Part shown: positions 1 through 7,588 of the stretch, one piece after another
How positions within the stretch are numbered: position 1 is the first letter of the stretch
Layout of the letters: every line of letters starts with the position of its first letter
NCBI GenBank assembly: GCA_030697525.1
Contig: JAUYPW010000013.1
Location: 2,293 to 66,292 of the forward strand
Length of the DNA: 64,000 bases
Direction: 5' to 3'
Source: a bacterium
GTDB lineage: Bacteria; Patescibacteriota; Minisyncoccia; Sungbacterales; HO2-52-23
Position numbers and translations under genes: made by a program
The notes under the pieces: generated by a model
Told to the model about the DNA's origin: nothing
The model's database searches: none
The model's input: the letters and a program-made list of their open reading frames with translations, nothing else

Positions 1-1
1 G

Positions 2-154
2 GCCGGTGGCAAGATGTATGGGTACGAGGTAAAAGGTGAATGGTACGATTGTGGCGACAAGCTTGGATATATGAAAGCCATGGTGAACTATGGAATTAAG
101 CACCCCGAACTAGGGGAAGGATTTAAAGAATACCTAAAAGGGTTTAGGGTTTAA
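2..154 (+). CDS. galU: UTP-glucose-1-phosphate uridylyltransferase, C-terminal part (5' truncated by window)
   Basis: Frame 2 translates AGGKMYGYEVKGEWYDCGDKLGYMKAMVNYGIKHPELGEGFKEYLKGFRV*. This matches the GalU C-terminal pattern G.xYDCG.KLGYxxA....L.HP.LG..F..YL. Confidence 0.85.
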   Translation, partial: AGGKMYGYEVKGEWYDCGDKLGYMKAMVNYGIKHPELGEGFKEYLKGFRV

Positions 155-181
155 AAGCTTAAACACCCGAAGGATCTATCA

Positions 182-210
182 AAAAATCGAGCTGAATTGG
201 CTCGATTTTT
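182..210 (+). terminator. Intrinsic terminator after galU (possibly bidirectional)
   Basis: Inverted repeat AAAAATCGAGC / GCTCGATTTTT with A and T tails. Confidence 0.65.
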
Positions 211-212
211 AG

Positions 213-259
213 TTATCCACATTTGTAATACTTGCTTGACTGGCGAAGGTGTTTATAAT
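213..259 (+). promoter_or_regulatory. DnaA box plus sigma70-type promoter P1 of the S-layer-like gene
   Basis: TTATCCACA at 213-221, 10 bp gap, TTGCTT at 232-237, 16 bp spacer, TATAAT at 254-259. Confidence 0.55.
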
Positions 260-309
260 AGGGTGTAGTTTGTTATATTTAGATAAATTTAAAAGGTCTA
301 GCGTTTTTC

Positions 310-353
310 TGTGGATAACTGTCCCTTGCGGGCAGTTTGTGTAGAAGTATAAT
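310..353 (+). promoter_or_regulatory. Inverted DnaA box plus sigma70-type promoter P2
   Basis: TGTGGATAA at 310-318 (reverse complement of TTATCCACA), TTGCGG at 326-331, 16 bp spacer, TATAAT at 348-353. Confidence 0.55.
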
Positions 354-359
354 GAGTTG

Positions 360-765
360 TAACGACGAGAGAAAGCCAGCTTTTTGGTTGCTTTGGTGCT
401 TAAGTAATGGGTATTGCAAGTCAGGTTCCAGTCTGTTATGTTTAATGGACTGAAATCTGCATTCCAATAATCATTCACTGAACCGAAAGAACTTTAAAAA
501 TTAAATAAAAACGCAAGAAATACGAGTTACTTTCGGTTTTGTTAAACTTTAATTCTTACTAAAGAAAAAGAATCGTTAAATTGTTAATTATAAAAACACT
601 TAAATTTTTACTTGTGGAAGGCCGGGCGACTGGCCAATAAAGTCGACAAGTTACCCCTAAAAAGGAAATGACCCGACTGGCGTCGGATCATAAAAAAATA
701 AGTGTCCCCAGTGGAAACTTCTCTTTACTTCTAAAACAATACGAAGTTAGGGTGGGTTTCCAAAA
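360..765 (+). ncRNA. Putative long structured 5' leader / cis-regulatory RNA of the S-layer-like gene
   Basis: Consecutive hairpins at about 372-394, 395-416, 422-459, 481-538 and 712-762, plus a multibranch domain at 596-705 with a GCGA tetraloop. G-U pairs form on the + strand. Confidence 0.5.
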
Positions 766-783
766 CAATAATTATTAGACATT

Positions 784-3700
784 ATGATGAAAATTAAACT
801 AGAAGGTGGAGTAGGGTTGAAAGCCAAGCTTTTGACCGTTGCTACCACCATCGCTTTATCAGGAGTAGTTGCTTTTGTGCCTATGGCGGCGGTAGCCCAG
901 AGTTCATCTGATACTATCGCTCAACTGCAAGCACAGATTGCGGCTCTCAGCGCACAACTAGTTGCTTTATCTGGAGGCTCGGCAGCACCAGTGGTAGCTA
1001 GCGGCGCAAAATGTAGTTTCACCCGAAACCTAAAAGTAGGGGTCAAGGGTGATGATGTAAAATGCTTACAGCAATATCTAAACGGTGCTGGCTATGCCGT
1101 ATCGGCTAGCGGAGCAGGATCCCCCGGAAAAGAATCAACATATTTCGGAAACGCAACCAAAATGGCAGTATCAAAGTGGCAAGCGGCTATGAGTGTTAGC
1201 CCAGCAGTTGGATTCTTCGGCGCTCTTTCCAGAGCAAAGTTTGATTCAACAGTTGTGGCGGCTCCAGTAGCCCCTGCGGCTCCGGCAGTTCCCGGCACTC
1301 CTGCGGTAGCAGTACCAGCAGGATCCGGACTCACAGTAACGACAGTTGCTGATCAGCCAGCGGCGCAATTGGCTCCATTGAAAGCATCAAGACTTCCTTT
1401 CGTGAAAGCTATCTTTACAGCTTCTTCAGACGGAGACGTGACTGTTAAGTCGGTTACGGTAGAAAGACAGGGTATGGCTGACGATGATGCTTTTGATAGC
1501 ATCGTATTGCTTGATGAAGGCAATGTGCAGATCGGACTTTCCAAGACCTTAAATACCTTGCACCAAGTATTGCTTAACGAATCTTTTGTGGTAAAGGCAG
1601 GAACTTCAAAGGTTATGACAATCGGAGCAAACATGCTTTCTGCTGCCGGAACTACAAACTCTGGACAAGTAGCAAAATTATCGATTGTAAAAGTTGATGC
1701 CGGTACTACAGCAGTAAATGGCGCATTCCCAATAGTGGGTAACGGCATGACTATAAACGAAAGCTTGGACATTGGCGCGTTGGCATCTCCTTCCCGAGGC
1801 ACACTTGACCCAGGTTCTGCGAGAAGCTCTCTGGAGGTTGGTACCAAAGCATTCTATGCTTCTGGTGGCCGATGGTCAGTTGGTTCCCAAGAGCCGGTAT
1901 TGCTAGACCAAATGAGATGGTATCAATCAGGCTCGGCAGGATCTGGTGATCTTAAGAATGTAATGGTGGTAGTAAAAGACAAAGACTACCCAACAGAAGT
2001 TTCCTCGGACGGCAAATTCTATACAGCCAAATTTAATCCCGCGATTGAATTTGACAAAGGAGCTACCATGGAAATCTCTATCAAGACTGATATTGAGTCT
2101 GGTTCCGACCGAACCGTTGACTTTGATGTTCAGAAGAGGACCGATATAGTAGTTAAGGGCAAAACCTTCGGTTACTATATAATCGCAGCAAACGGAACTT
2201 CTGACCCAACGGATGACACCGGAGCATTCTCTAATGTAGAGCCTTACTACGACGCATATCAGCACACTATTTCCAAGGGTTCTCTACGATTTGAGAAAAA
2301 CAACGCAGTATCAGCTGGAAACGTTCCTATAGATGTAAATGGTGTAGAACTTGGCGCTTTTGGTCTTGAGGCCAAAGGAGAAGCGGTTCAGATTTCATCC
2401 TTTAAAGTTACCTTTACTCTGTCTGCAGGCGAGGATGGAACTCAGATGGATAATGTGGCTATCTATGATAGCAAAGGAGCCGTTGTCGCTGGTCCAAAAG
2501 ATGTTGGATCAGATGAAACAGTAACCTTTACTGACACTTGGACCGTACCGATTGGATACAACATATATAAACTCAAAGGTAAGCTGACAACTGATTTTGA
2601 GGATGCAGATACTTTGTCCGGAGCAGTTGATCCTGACGGCGATATAACAGCCAAGGGAGAGACAACCGGATTAACTCTGACAGCAAGCCCAGCCACCTCA
2701 CAGTCTATGAATACCATGACCGTAAGAGGTGCTAGCTTGAAAGTATCGGTTGCCGGAACACCATCATCCCAGAACGTAGTGCGTGGAATCACTGGATTTA
2801 CCTTTGCTAAAATTCAGTATGACGCTACTAACTCTGGTGAAGACGTGAAAGTAACTTCACAGGAATTGACAACTAGCGCCGGTAACTTAGCTATTGGTAA
2901 TAACCTAAACACTTGTCAGATGTTTGATGGAGCTACGGCTCTAAACACTGGTTCAAACATCGTAAACTTCGCGGGTACCGATTCAGACGCGGCGGATGAG
3001 GATGCGGAAGATACCTTTACTCTTGACAACAACCTCATCATTCCGAAAGGAACAGTTAAGACTGTAGATGTAAAATGTAATATAGGATCTAACGCTGTTG
3101 GTAGCGGCACATATGTAATCATGTTGTCCGACCACGATACGACCACAACCGCGTCAGCTGACACTGTAACAACCGGTAAAGATACGGGAGTAAGCATCAC
3201 TGAAACTGTAGTGGCAAGCGCTGGTCCTGTGATGACTATTCAGACCGGTGGCGAGTTGCGAGTTTCTAAAGATATTTCCAGCCCTACTGCACGACACGGA
3301 ATTGCTGGAAAGACTGATGTTGTACTGGCTATATTGAAACTTGAGTCTGATTATGAAGCTCTAAAACTTGATAGACTCGCTTTAACCTTGTCTTCCTCTA
3401 CGGCTTCCACAACCGACCTTTCCAAGGTTACGTTGTGGGACGGAGCAACTAAGGTTGGAGAGGCAGTATTTACCGGAACAGACACTAGAGCAACCTCAAC
3501 TCTTACCGCTGACTTCATAGTTCCGAAAGATTCTTACAAATTGCTCACCATTAAAGGTGACTTGGCAACACTAGGTCTAAACTTGCCAGGCACCAGAGGC
3601 GCTTTGGTAGGGGTAAACTATGACGGTGAAGCAACCACTACTACCAGAGCCACAGGTCAGGCATCAGGTATACAGGTCAATCCGGCAAATGGGAAAGATA

Positions 3701-4440
3701 CAGTGGCAGATGGAGTACGATTAGTAAGAACCCTGCCTACCCTTGAAAGACTTGCTGTTCCGTCAAATACCCTGTCCAACGGTACTATGACTATGTTTCG
3801 CTTCAAGGTAACGGCTGATGCCGCAGGCGATGTAGGGCTCTACAAATTCACGTTTATTGTATCGTCGTCATCACTGACAGGAACATCATCAAACTTCAGT
3901 TTGTATGGCTACTCTGATTCATCCTTCTCGGTAAACGCATACGCCTCCAACCCGCTAAACTCCAATGATGTTGACTGCGTAGGATCATCTTCGGTTGAGC
4001 TTGGTTCAGATACGAACGATACTTGTACGGCAGACAATCAGACAAGCACCCTAACGAGTCAGTCGGCCTCTACATCAGAGGTAGTTATCTACTTTGACCC
4101 GGTTAAGAACACAGGAGCAAATCCAACAGCAGAGGCGATAAACATTCCCGCTGGACAATCCAGATACTTTGAGCTCCGTGGTATATTCTCCTCTACTGTG
4201 GCTGGAGAATCTATCTCTGTGAACCTTGGCGGTGACGCCGGTCTAGATGTAGATACCAATCTTGTTGGAAGAGTAACAGCTGATACGGTTGATAAAGATG
4301 TTGCAACGAACTATGACAACTTCATCTGGTCGCCTAACACCACCACCACGGTTGCAACAACAACCAATGACTGGATAAACGGCTACCTGCTACCTGGACT
4401 ACCAACAACCGGAATGTCCTCACAGACCTTCTCGAAGTAA
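784..4440 (+). CDS. Large secreted S-layer-like surface protein with N-terminal coiled coil, peptidoglycan-binding domain (PG_binding_1-like) and tandem beta-sandwich repeats
   Basis: Signal peptide ending AAVA-Q; IAQLQAQIAALSAQL coil; FTRNLKVG.KGDDVKCLQQYLN...YFG.AT..AV..WQ...GFFG motif; repeated ~150-aa S/T-rich beta domains. The start may instead be TTG at 817, after GGAG. Confidence 0.75.
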   Translation: MMKIKLEGGVGLKAKLLTVATTIALSGVVAFVPMAAVAQSSSDTIAQLQAQIAALSAQLVALSGGSAAPVVASGAKCSFTRNLKVGVKGDDVKCLQQYLNGAGYAVSASGAGSPGKESTYFGNATKMAVSKWQAAMSVSPAVGFFGALSRAKFDSTVVAAPVAPAAPAVPGTPAVAVPAGSGLTVTTVADQPAAQLAPLKASRLPFVKAIFTASSDGDVTVKSVTVERQGMADDDAFDSIVLLDEGNVQIGLSKTLNTLHQVLLNESFVVKAGTSKVMTIGANMLSAAGTTNSGQVAKLSIVKVDAGTTAVNGAFPIVGNGMTINESLDIGALASPSRGTLDPGSARSSLEVGTKAFYASGGRWSVGSQEPVLLDQMRWYQSGSAGSGDLKNVMVVVKDKDYPTEVSSDGKFYTAKFNPAIEFDKGATMEISIKTDIESGSDRTVDFDVQKRTDIVVKGKTFGYYIIAANGTSDPTDDTGAFSNVEPYYDAYQHTISKGSLRFEKNNAVSAGNVPIDVNGVELGAFGLEAKGEAVQISSFKVTFTLSAGEDGTQMDNVAIYDSKGAVVAGPKDVGSDETVTFTDTWTVPIGYNIYKLKGKLTTDFEDADTLSGAVDPDGDITAKGETTGLTLTASPATSQSMNTMTVRGASLKVSVAGTPSSQNVVRGITGFTFAKIQYDATNSGEDVKVTSQELTTSAGNLAIGNNLNTCQMFDGATALNTGSNIVNFAGTDSDAADEDAEDTFTLDNNLIIPKGTVKTVDVKCNIGSNAVGSGTYVIMLSDHDTTTTASADTVTTGKDTGVSITETVVASAGPVMTIQTGGELRVSKDISSPTARHGIAGKTDVVLAILKLESDYEALKLDRLALTLSSSTASTTDLSKVTLWDGATKVGEAVFTGTDTRATSTLTADFIVPKDSYKLLTIKGDLATLGLNLPGTRGALVGVNYDGEATTTTRATGQASGIQVNPANGKDTVADGVRLVRTLPTLERLAVPSNTLSNGTMTMFRFKVTADAAGDVGLYKFTFIVSSSSLTGTSSNFSLYGYSDSSFSVNAYASNPLNSNDVDCVGSSSVELGSDTNDTCTADNQTSTLTSQSASTSEVVIYFDPVKNTGANPTAEAINIPAGQSRYFELRGIFSSTVAGESISVNLGGDAGLDVDTNLVGRVTADTVDKDVATNYDNFIWSPNTTTTVATTTNDWINGYLLPGLPTTGMSSQTFSK

Positions 4441-4463
4441 TAAGAATCATCCTTGTGGATTCG

Positions 4464-4495
4464 CAAAAGCCCCGTTTGAACGGGGCTTTTGTTTT
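4464..4495 (+). terminator. Strong intrinsic terminator
   Basis: CAAAAGCCCCGTT-TG-AACGGGGCTTTTG followed by TTTT. Confidence 0.85.
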
Positions 4496-4515
4496 GATAT
4501 TAGATGGTATTTATA

Positions 4516-4713
4516 AACTTAAAATCCGGCATAGTGCCGGATTTTAAGTTATCCCCAGCGTCGCAACAGCTCAACCAAGTGGACTCGCTGTTGCTCCCTA
4601 AAACCCCTCGGTTTTAGTATTTCCGCCACGGAAAACTCCCGTTTTCCGACCCTTTCCCAAACCTGCAGATAACTTAAAACCCCGAATATTCGGGGTTTTA
4701 AGTTATCCACAGC
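4516..4713. repeat. Two related palindromes, each ending in a DnaA-like box, flanking three short hairpins
   Basis: AACTTAAAATCCGGCA-TAG-TGCCGGATTTTAAGTT at 4516-4550; perfect 40-bp palindrome at 4668-4707; inner hairpins at 4563-4594, 4598-4617 and 4629-4648. Confidence 0.75.
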
Positions 4714-4776
4714 TACTCCACTTTACTATTTGTAAGAGTAATATAGAATTGAAGTAAATAAAAAAACTTATCCACT
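4703..4776 (+). promoter_or_regulatory. DnaA box plus sigma70-type promoter of the second surface operon, with a further near-consensus box downstream
   Basis: TTATCCACA at 4703-4711, 10 bp gap, TTTACT at 4722-4727, 16 bp spacer, TAGAAT at 4744-4749; TTATCCACT at 4768-4776. Confidence 0.55.
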
Positions 4777-4854
4777 GTAGTTACTAAAAACTACTGTGGC
4801 AATACAAATATGGTCATGTTTGTATTCGCTTAATTAATAATAAAAACAATATTT

Positions 4855-5808
4855 ATGAAAAAAAGGTTTCTATCAAGTCATTTTTCTTTTTTCTTGGCTT
4901 TGGTAATCGGTTTGGCATTAGCGGTGGGAGCGTCGGTTTGGGCTACCACTATCGGAACTAACATTTCCGGTACAGGCACTTTAGATATAACTGGCGCTAC
5001 AACCCTTAATGGAGCTGTAACTATAGGAGATGCGGCGGCGGATGCATTTACTATTAATAGCAATAGCGTGACTTTTGCTAATGCTGGTACTAGTACTATT
5101 CCATCAGCAAGCGCCGTTTCTTGGGCAATAGCAACCTCATCAGCAGACATGCCGTTCTTTAGATTTGATACTTCTAACACCAAAATCGGTATTGCAAGTG
5201 GTACGCCAATAGTTACCTTTTCTGTGGGCGGTGCTGGCAATATTTATGCAGCAGGAGGTTTAGGTGTCGGACAAGCAACTACTACCGCAGGTGTTATTGA
5301 AAATACTGGTAATGTTCTTTTTGGTGATGCCGCAGGAGACATAGTTAGGCTTAACTCTGCCAGTCTTATATTCAACAATGCAGGAACCACAACTATTCCT
5401 GCTGCCAGTGGCCCGAGTTGGGCAATTGCTACGTCGTCAGCAAATATTCCACTTGTTAGATATGATACCTCCAATAGCCGAATTGGTATCGCAAGTGGCA
5501 CGCCAATAACTACCCTTTCTATTGGCGGTGCCGGCAATGTTTATGCGGCAGGAGGTTTGGGTGTTGGGCAGGCTACAACAACAGCAGGAGTTATAGAGAC
5601 ATCTTCGGGACCATCACTTTTTGGTGGGGATGCGTTTGTTGTTGGCTCGTCAGGTACAACTACAATGAGAGTAGAATCAACAGCGAACGGCAGGGGAGGA
5701 TGTATTCAGATTGAGTCTCCCGGTGCTCTTGCTGGGGCTGGTTCATACTTTCATATGTACGCAACAACTACGGGTGCGGCCTACTGGCAGACAGGCGCTT
5801 GTAAATAA
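4855..5808 (+). CDS. Secreted beta-repeat surface/fibre-like protein with a 99-aa internal duplication
   Basis: Signal peptide ending VWA; two copies of GDAA.D...NS.S..F.NAGT.TIP.AS..SWAIATSSA..P..R.DTSN..IGIASGTPI.T.S.GGAGN.YAAGGLGVGQATTTAGVIE. Confidence 0.7.
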   Translation: MKKRFLSSHFSFFLALVIGLALAVGASVWATTIGTNISGTGTLDITGATTLNGAVTIGDAAADAFTINSNSVTFANAGTSTIPSASAVSWAIATSSADMPFFRFDTSNTKIGIASGTPIVTFSVGGAGNIYAAGGLGVGQATTTAGVIENTGNVLFGDAAGDIVRLNSASLIFNNAGTTTIPAASGPSWAIATSSANIPLVRYDTSNSRIGIASGTPITTLSIGGAGNVYAAGGLGVGQATTTAGVIETSSGPSLFGGDAFVVGSSGTTTMRVESTANGRGGCIQIESPGALAGAGSYFHMYATTTGAAYWQTGACK

Positions 5809-5834
5809 TTCTCTTACTTAATTGTATTTAATTT

Positions 5835-6824
5835 ATGAAACGAATACTCACGTTTCTTATAACCGCCTTTTTACCCCTTACAGCTATGGCGGCAAATGAG
5901 GTAAGCTTAACTTCCAATGTAACTCTGGTACTGCCTTCAGATAGTTCGGAATACACTCTTTTAAATGGGAGCACGTTTGATTCTTTAATAGTCAATAATA
6001 CCAATTTCACTTTTGGAATGTCGGCTGGATCCAGCGTTGAGATAACGTCAGCCGATAAGAAGAAGCTTACTAACTCCTTATTAGCAACTATTCAATGTGA
6101 AAGTACTCAATCGAGAATATTTATGTCTAAGCCCTCGGGTGCTACGACTGAAGATATAACCGTTACCCCTTCTGGTACCTGTTCTTCGACCGGTGGAAGT
6201 GGCGGTGGTGGAGCTTCAAGCGGAGGTAGCAGTGGTAGTAGTGGAGGTGGGAGTAGTAGTGGCGGTAGTAGTGCGCCCGCGCCTTTGCCGGCCACGGAAA
6301 CAGTGGATAAGGTTGCCCAATTAAAAGCCCAAATAGCGAGCGTCCAGGCCGCTATAGCCCAAAAGCTTGCCCAAAAAGGAGTTCAAACAAAATATGTAGC
6401 GCCAGCCTTTGGTGTATTTGCCCGGAGTTTAGCTCCCGGGCAGAGGGATGATGAAATAAAAAGATTGCAAGAACTTCTGGCTACGGATAAAAGTATCTAT
6501 CCCGAAGGTAAGGTTACTGGATATTATGGGCCAGCCACACTCAATGCAGTTAAAAGATTTCAGAAGAAATATGGTATTTCTCAAGTTGGGAAAGTTGGAC
6601 CGCAGACCATTTCTAAACTAAACGAAGTTTTTGGGGGAACTATTCCAGTTGTTGTTCCCGAAACAAAACCAGCAACACAAGCTTCCGTTATTTCATCTCC
6701 AGCTTCCGCGGCGGTGAGCACTCAAGTCCAACAAATCCAAGAACAAATTAAAGCAATCCAGGCCAAACTGATTCAGGAGCAAATTAAACAAATTCAAGAA
6801 AAAATTAAATCCCTACAAAAATAA
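5835..6824 (+). CDS. Secreted peptidoglycan-binding domain protein with Gly/Ser linker and coiled-coil tail
   Basis: Signal peptide; GGSGGGGASSGG linker; FARSL.PG...DEIKRLQELLA...GYYGPAT..AVKRFQ...G.VGP.T motif. Confidence 0.75.
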   Translation: MKRILTFLITAFLPLTAMAANEVSLTSNVTLVLPSDSSEYTLLNGSTFDSLIVNNTNFTFGMSAGSSVEITSADKKKLTNSLLATIQCESTQSRIFMSKPSGATTEDITVTPSGTCSSTGGSGGGGASSGGSSGSSGGGSSSGGSSAPAPLPATETVDKVAQLKAQIASVQAAIAQKLAQKGVQTKYVAPAFGVFARSLAPGQRDDEIKRLQELLATDKSIYPEGKVTGYYGPATLNAVKRFQKKYGISQVGKVGPQTISKLNEVFGGTIPVVVPETKPATQASVISSPASAAVSTQVQQIQEQIKAIQAKLIQEQIKQIQEKIKSLQK

Positions 6825-7516
6825 TGTCAAAAAAACTTTTAATGGTTTTGGGGGTCATAGTGGTGCTGGGGTTTGTTTCTTTTGCTACCGGACTTGCCAG
6901 CATATCTTCTATTCAGGAGCAATTAAAATCAGTACAAGTTAAACTGATAGGTGAGCAGATAAAGCTGTTGCAAGAAAAAATACTAGGTGTGGGTAAAGAA
7001 AAGCCCAAACCTGTGGTGGTGGAGGCCGAACCGGTAAAAAGCAAAGAAGAGCTGTCTAAAAGCCTGGAGGAGCAGATAAAACAGCTGGAGGGGGTAGTCA
7101 GAGCCTTGCGGCCAAAAGCTATGGACGAAGAGGTGCTAAGACTTGAGAAAAAAATCACAGAAATAAGTTTGGCCATCGGAGCCGCCGAGGGTGAAAAACT
7201 GGTGGATTTGCAGAAGGAATTTAACAAAGCGGTTACAGATTACAATAAGCTTAGTTCGGAAGTCAGAAAAGCCCTAGATGAGAACATAAAGGCTAAACAG
7301 GCAGACGCCATAAGGGAACAAATTAGGACTTTGAAGGAAAAAGTCAGCTTATTGCCAACACCCGGGTCTTATGACAAAGCGGCTGTAGCGAAAGATGAAA
7401 GCAAAAAGGCCAGCTTACAGATACTGCAAGAACAAATCAAATCTGTAAAAGCAAAACTACTAGCCGAACAGATTAAGGCAGTTCAGGAGAAAATAGATCA
7501 GTTGAAAACAAAGTAA
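6824..7516 (+). CDS. Secreted or membrane-anchored coiled-coil protein
   Basis: N-terminal hydrophobic segment; E/K/Q heptads; start overlaps upstream stop (TAATG). Confidence 0.7.
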   Translation: MSKKLLMVLGVIVVLGFVSFATGLASISSIQEQLKSVQVKLIGEQIKLLQEKILGVGKEKPKPVVVEAEPVKSKEELSKSLEEQIKQLEGVVRALRPKAMDEEVLRLEKKITEISLAIGAAEGEKLVDLQKEFNKAVTDYNKLSSEVRKALDENIKAKQADAIREQIRTLKEKVSLLPTPGSYDKAAVAKDESKKASLQILQEQIKSVKAKLLAEQIKAVQEKIDQLKTK

Positions 7517-7524
7517 TTTCTTTC

Positions 7525-7548
7525 AACACCCCGCCATCGGGGTGTTTT
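7525..7548 (+). terminator. Intrinsic terminator
   Basis: AACACCCCG-CCAT-CGGGGTGTT-TT. Confidence 0.7.
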
Positions 7549-7588
7549 GGTATTGTAGTGATTTGTATTAAAGTTGTATAATGGTGAT

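Noticed and set aside
209-478. Minus-strand ORFs of 89 and 62 aa in the galU to S-layer spacer
   Set aside because: No motifs or RBS; they overlap promoter elements and the structured leader on the opposite strand
200-620. Replication origin (DnaA boxes plus AT-rich DNA)
   Set aside because: Only two perfect boxes here, each next to a promoter, with no dnaA/dnaN in the window. The same layout recurs at 4.7 kb. It cannot be fully excluded without GC skew.
596-705. Known riboswitch (c-di-GMP-I/II, T-box, TPP, cobalamin)
   Set aside because: I could not match the conserved cores of these families by eye; kept only as an unnamed structured RNA candidate
4516-4713. Mini CRISPR array
   Set aside because: Only two divergent repeats, a ~110-bp highly structured spacer and no cas genes
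6190-6272. GGT/AGT-rich repeat tract
   Set aside because: An ordinary in-frame Gly/Ser linker made of trinucleotide units
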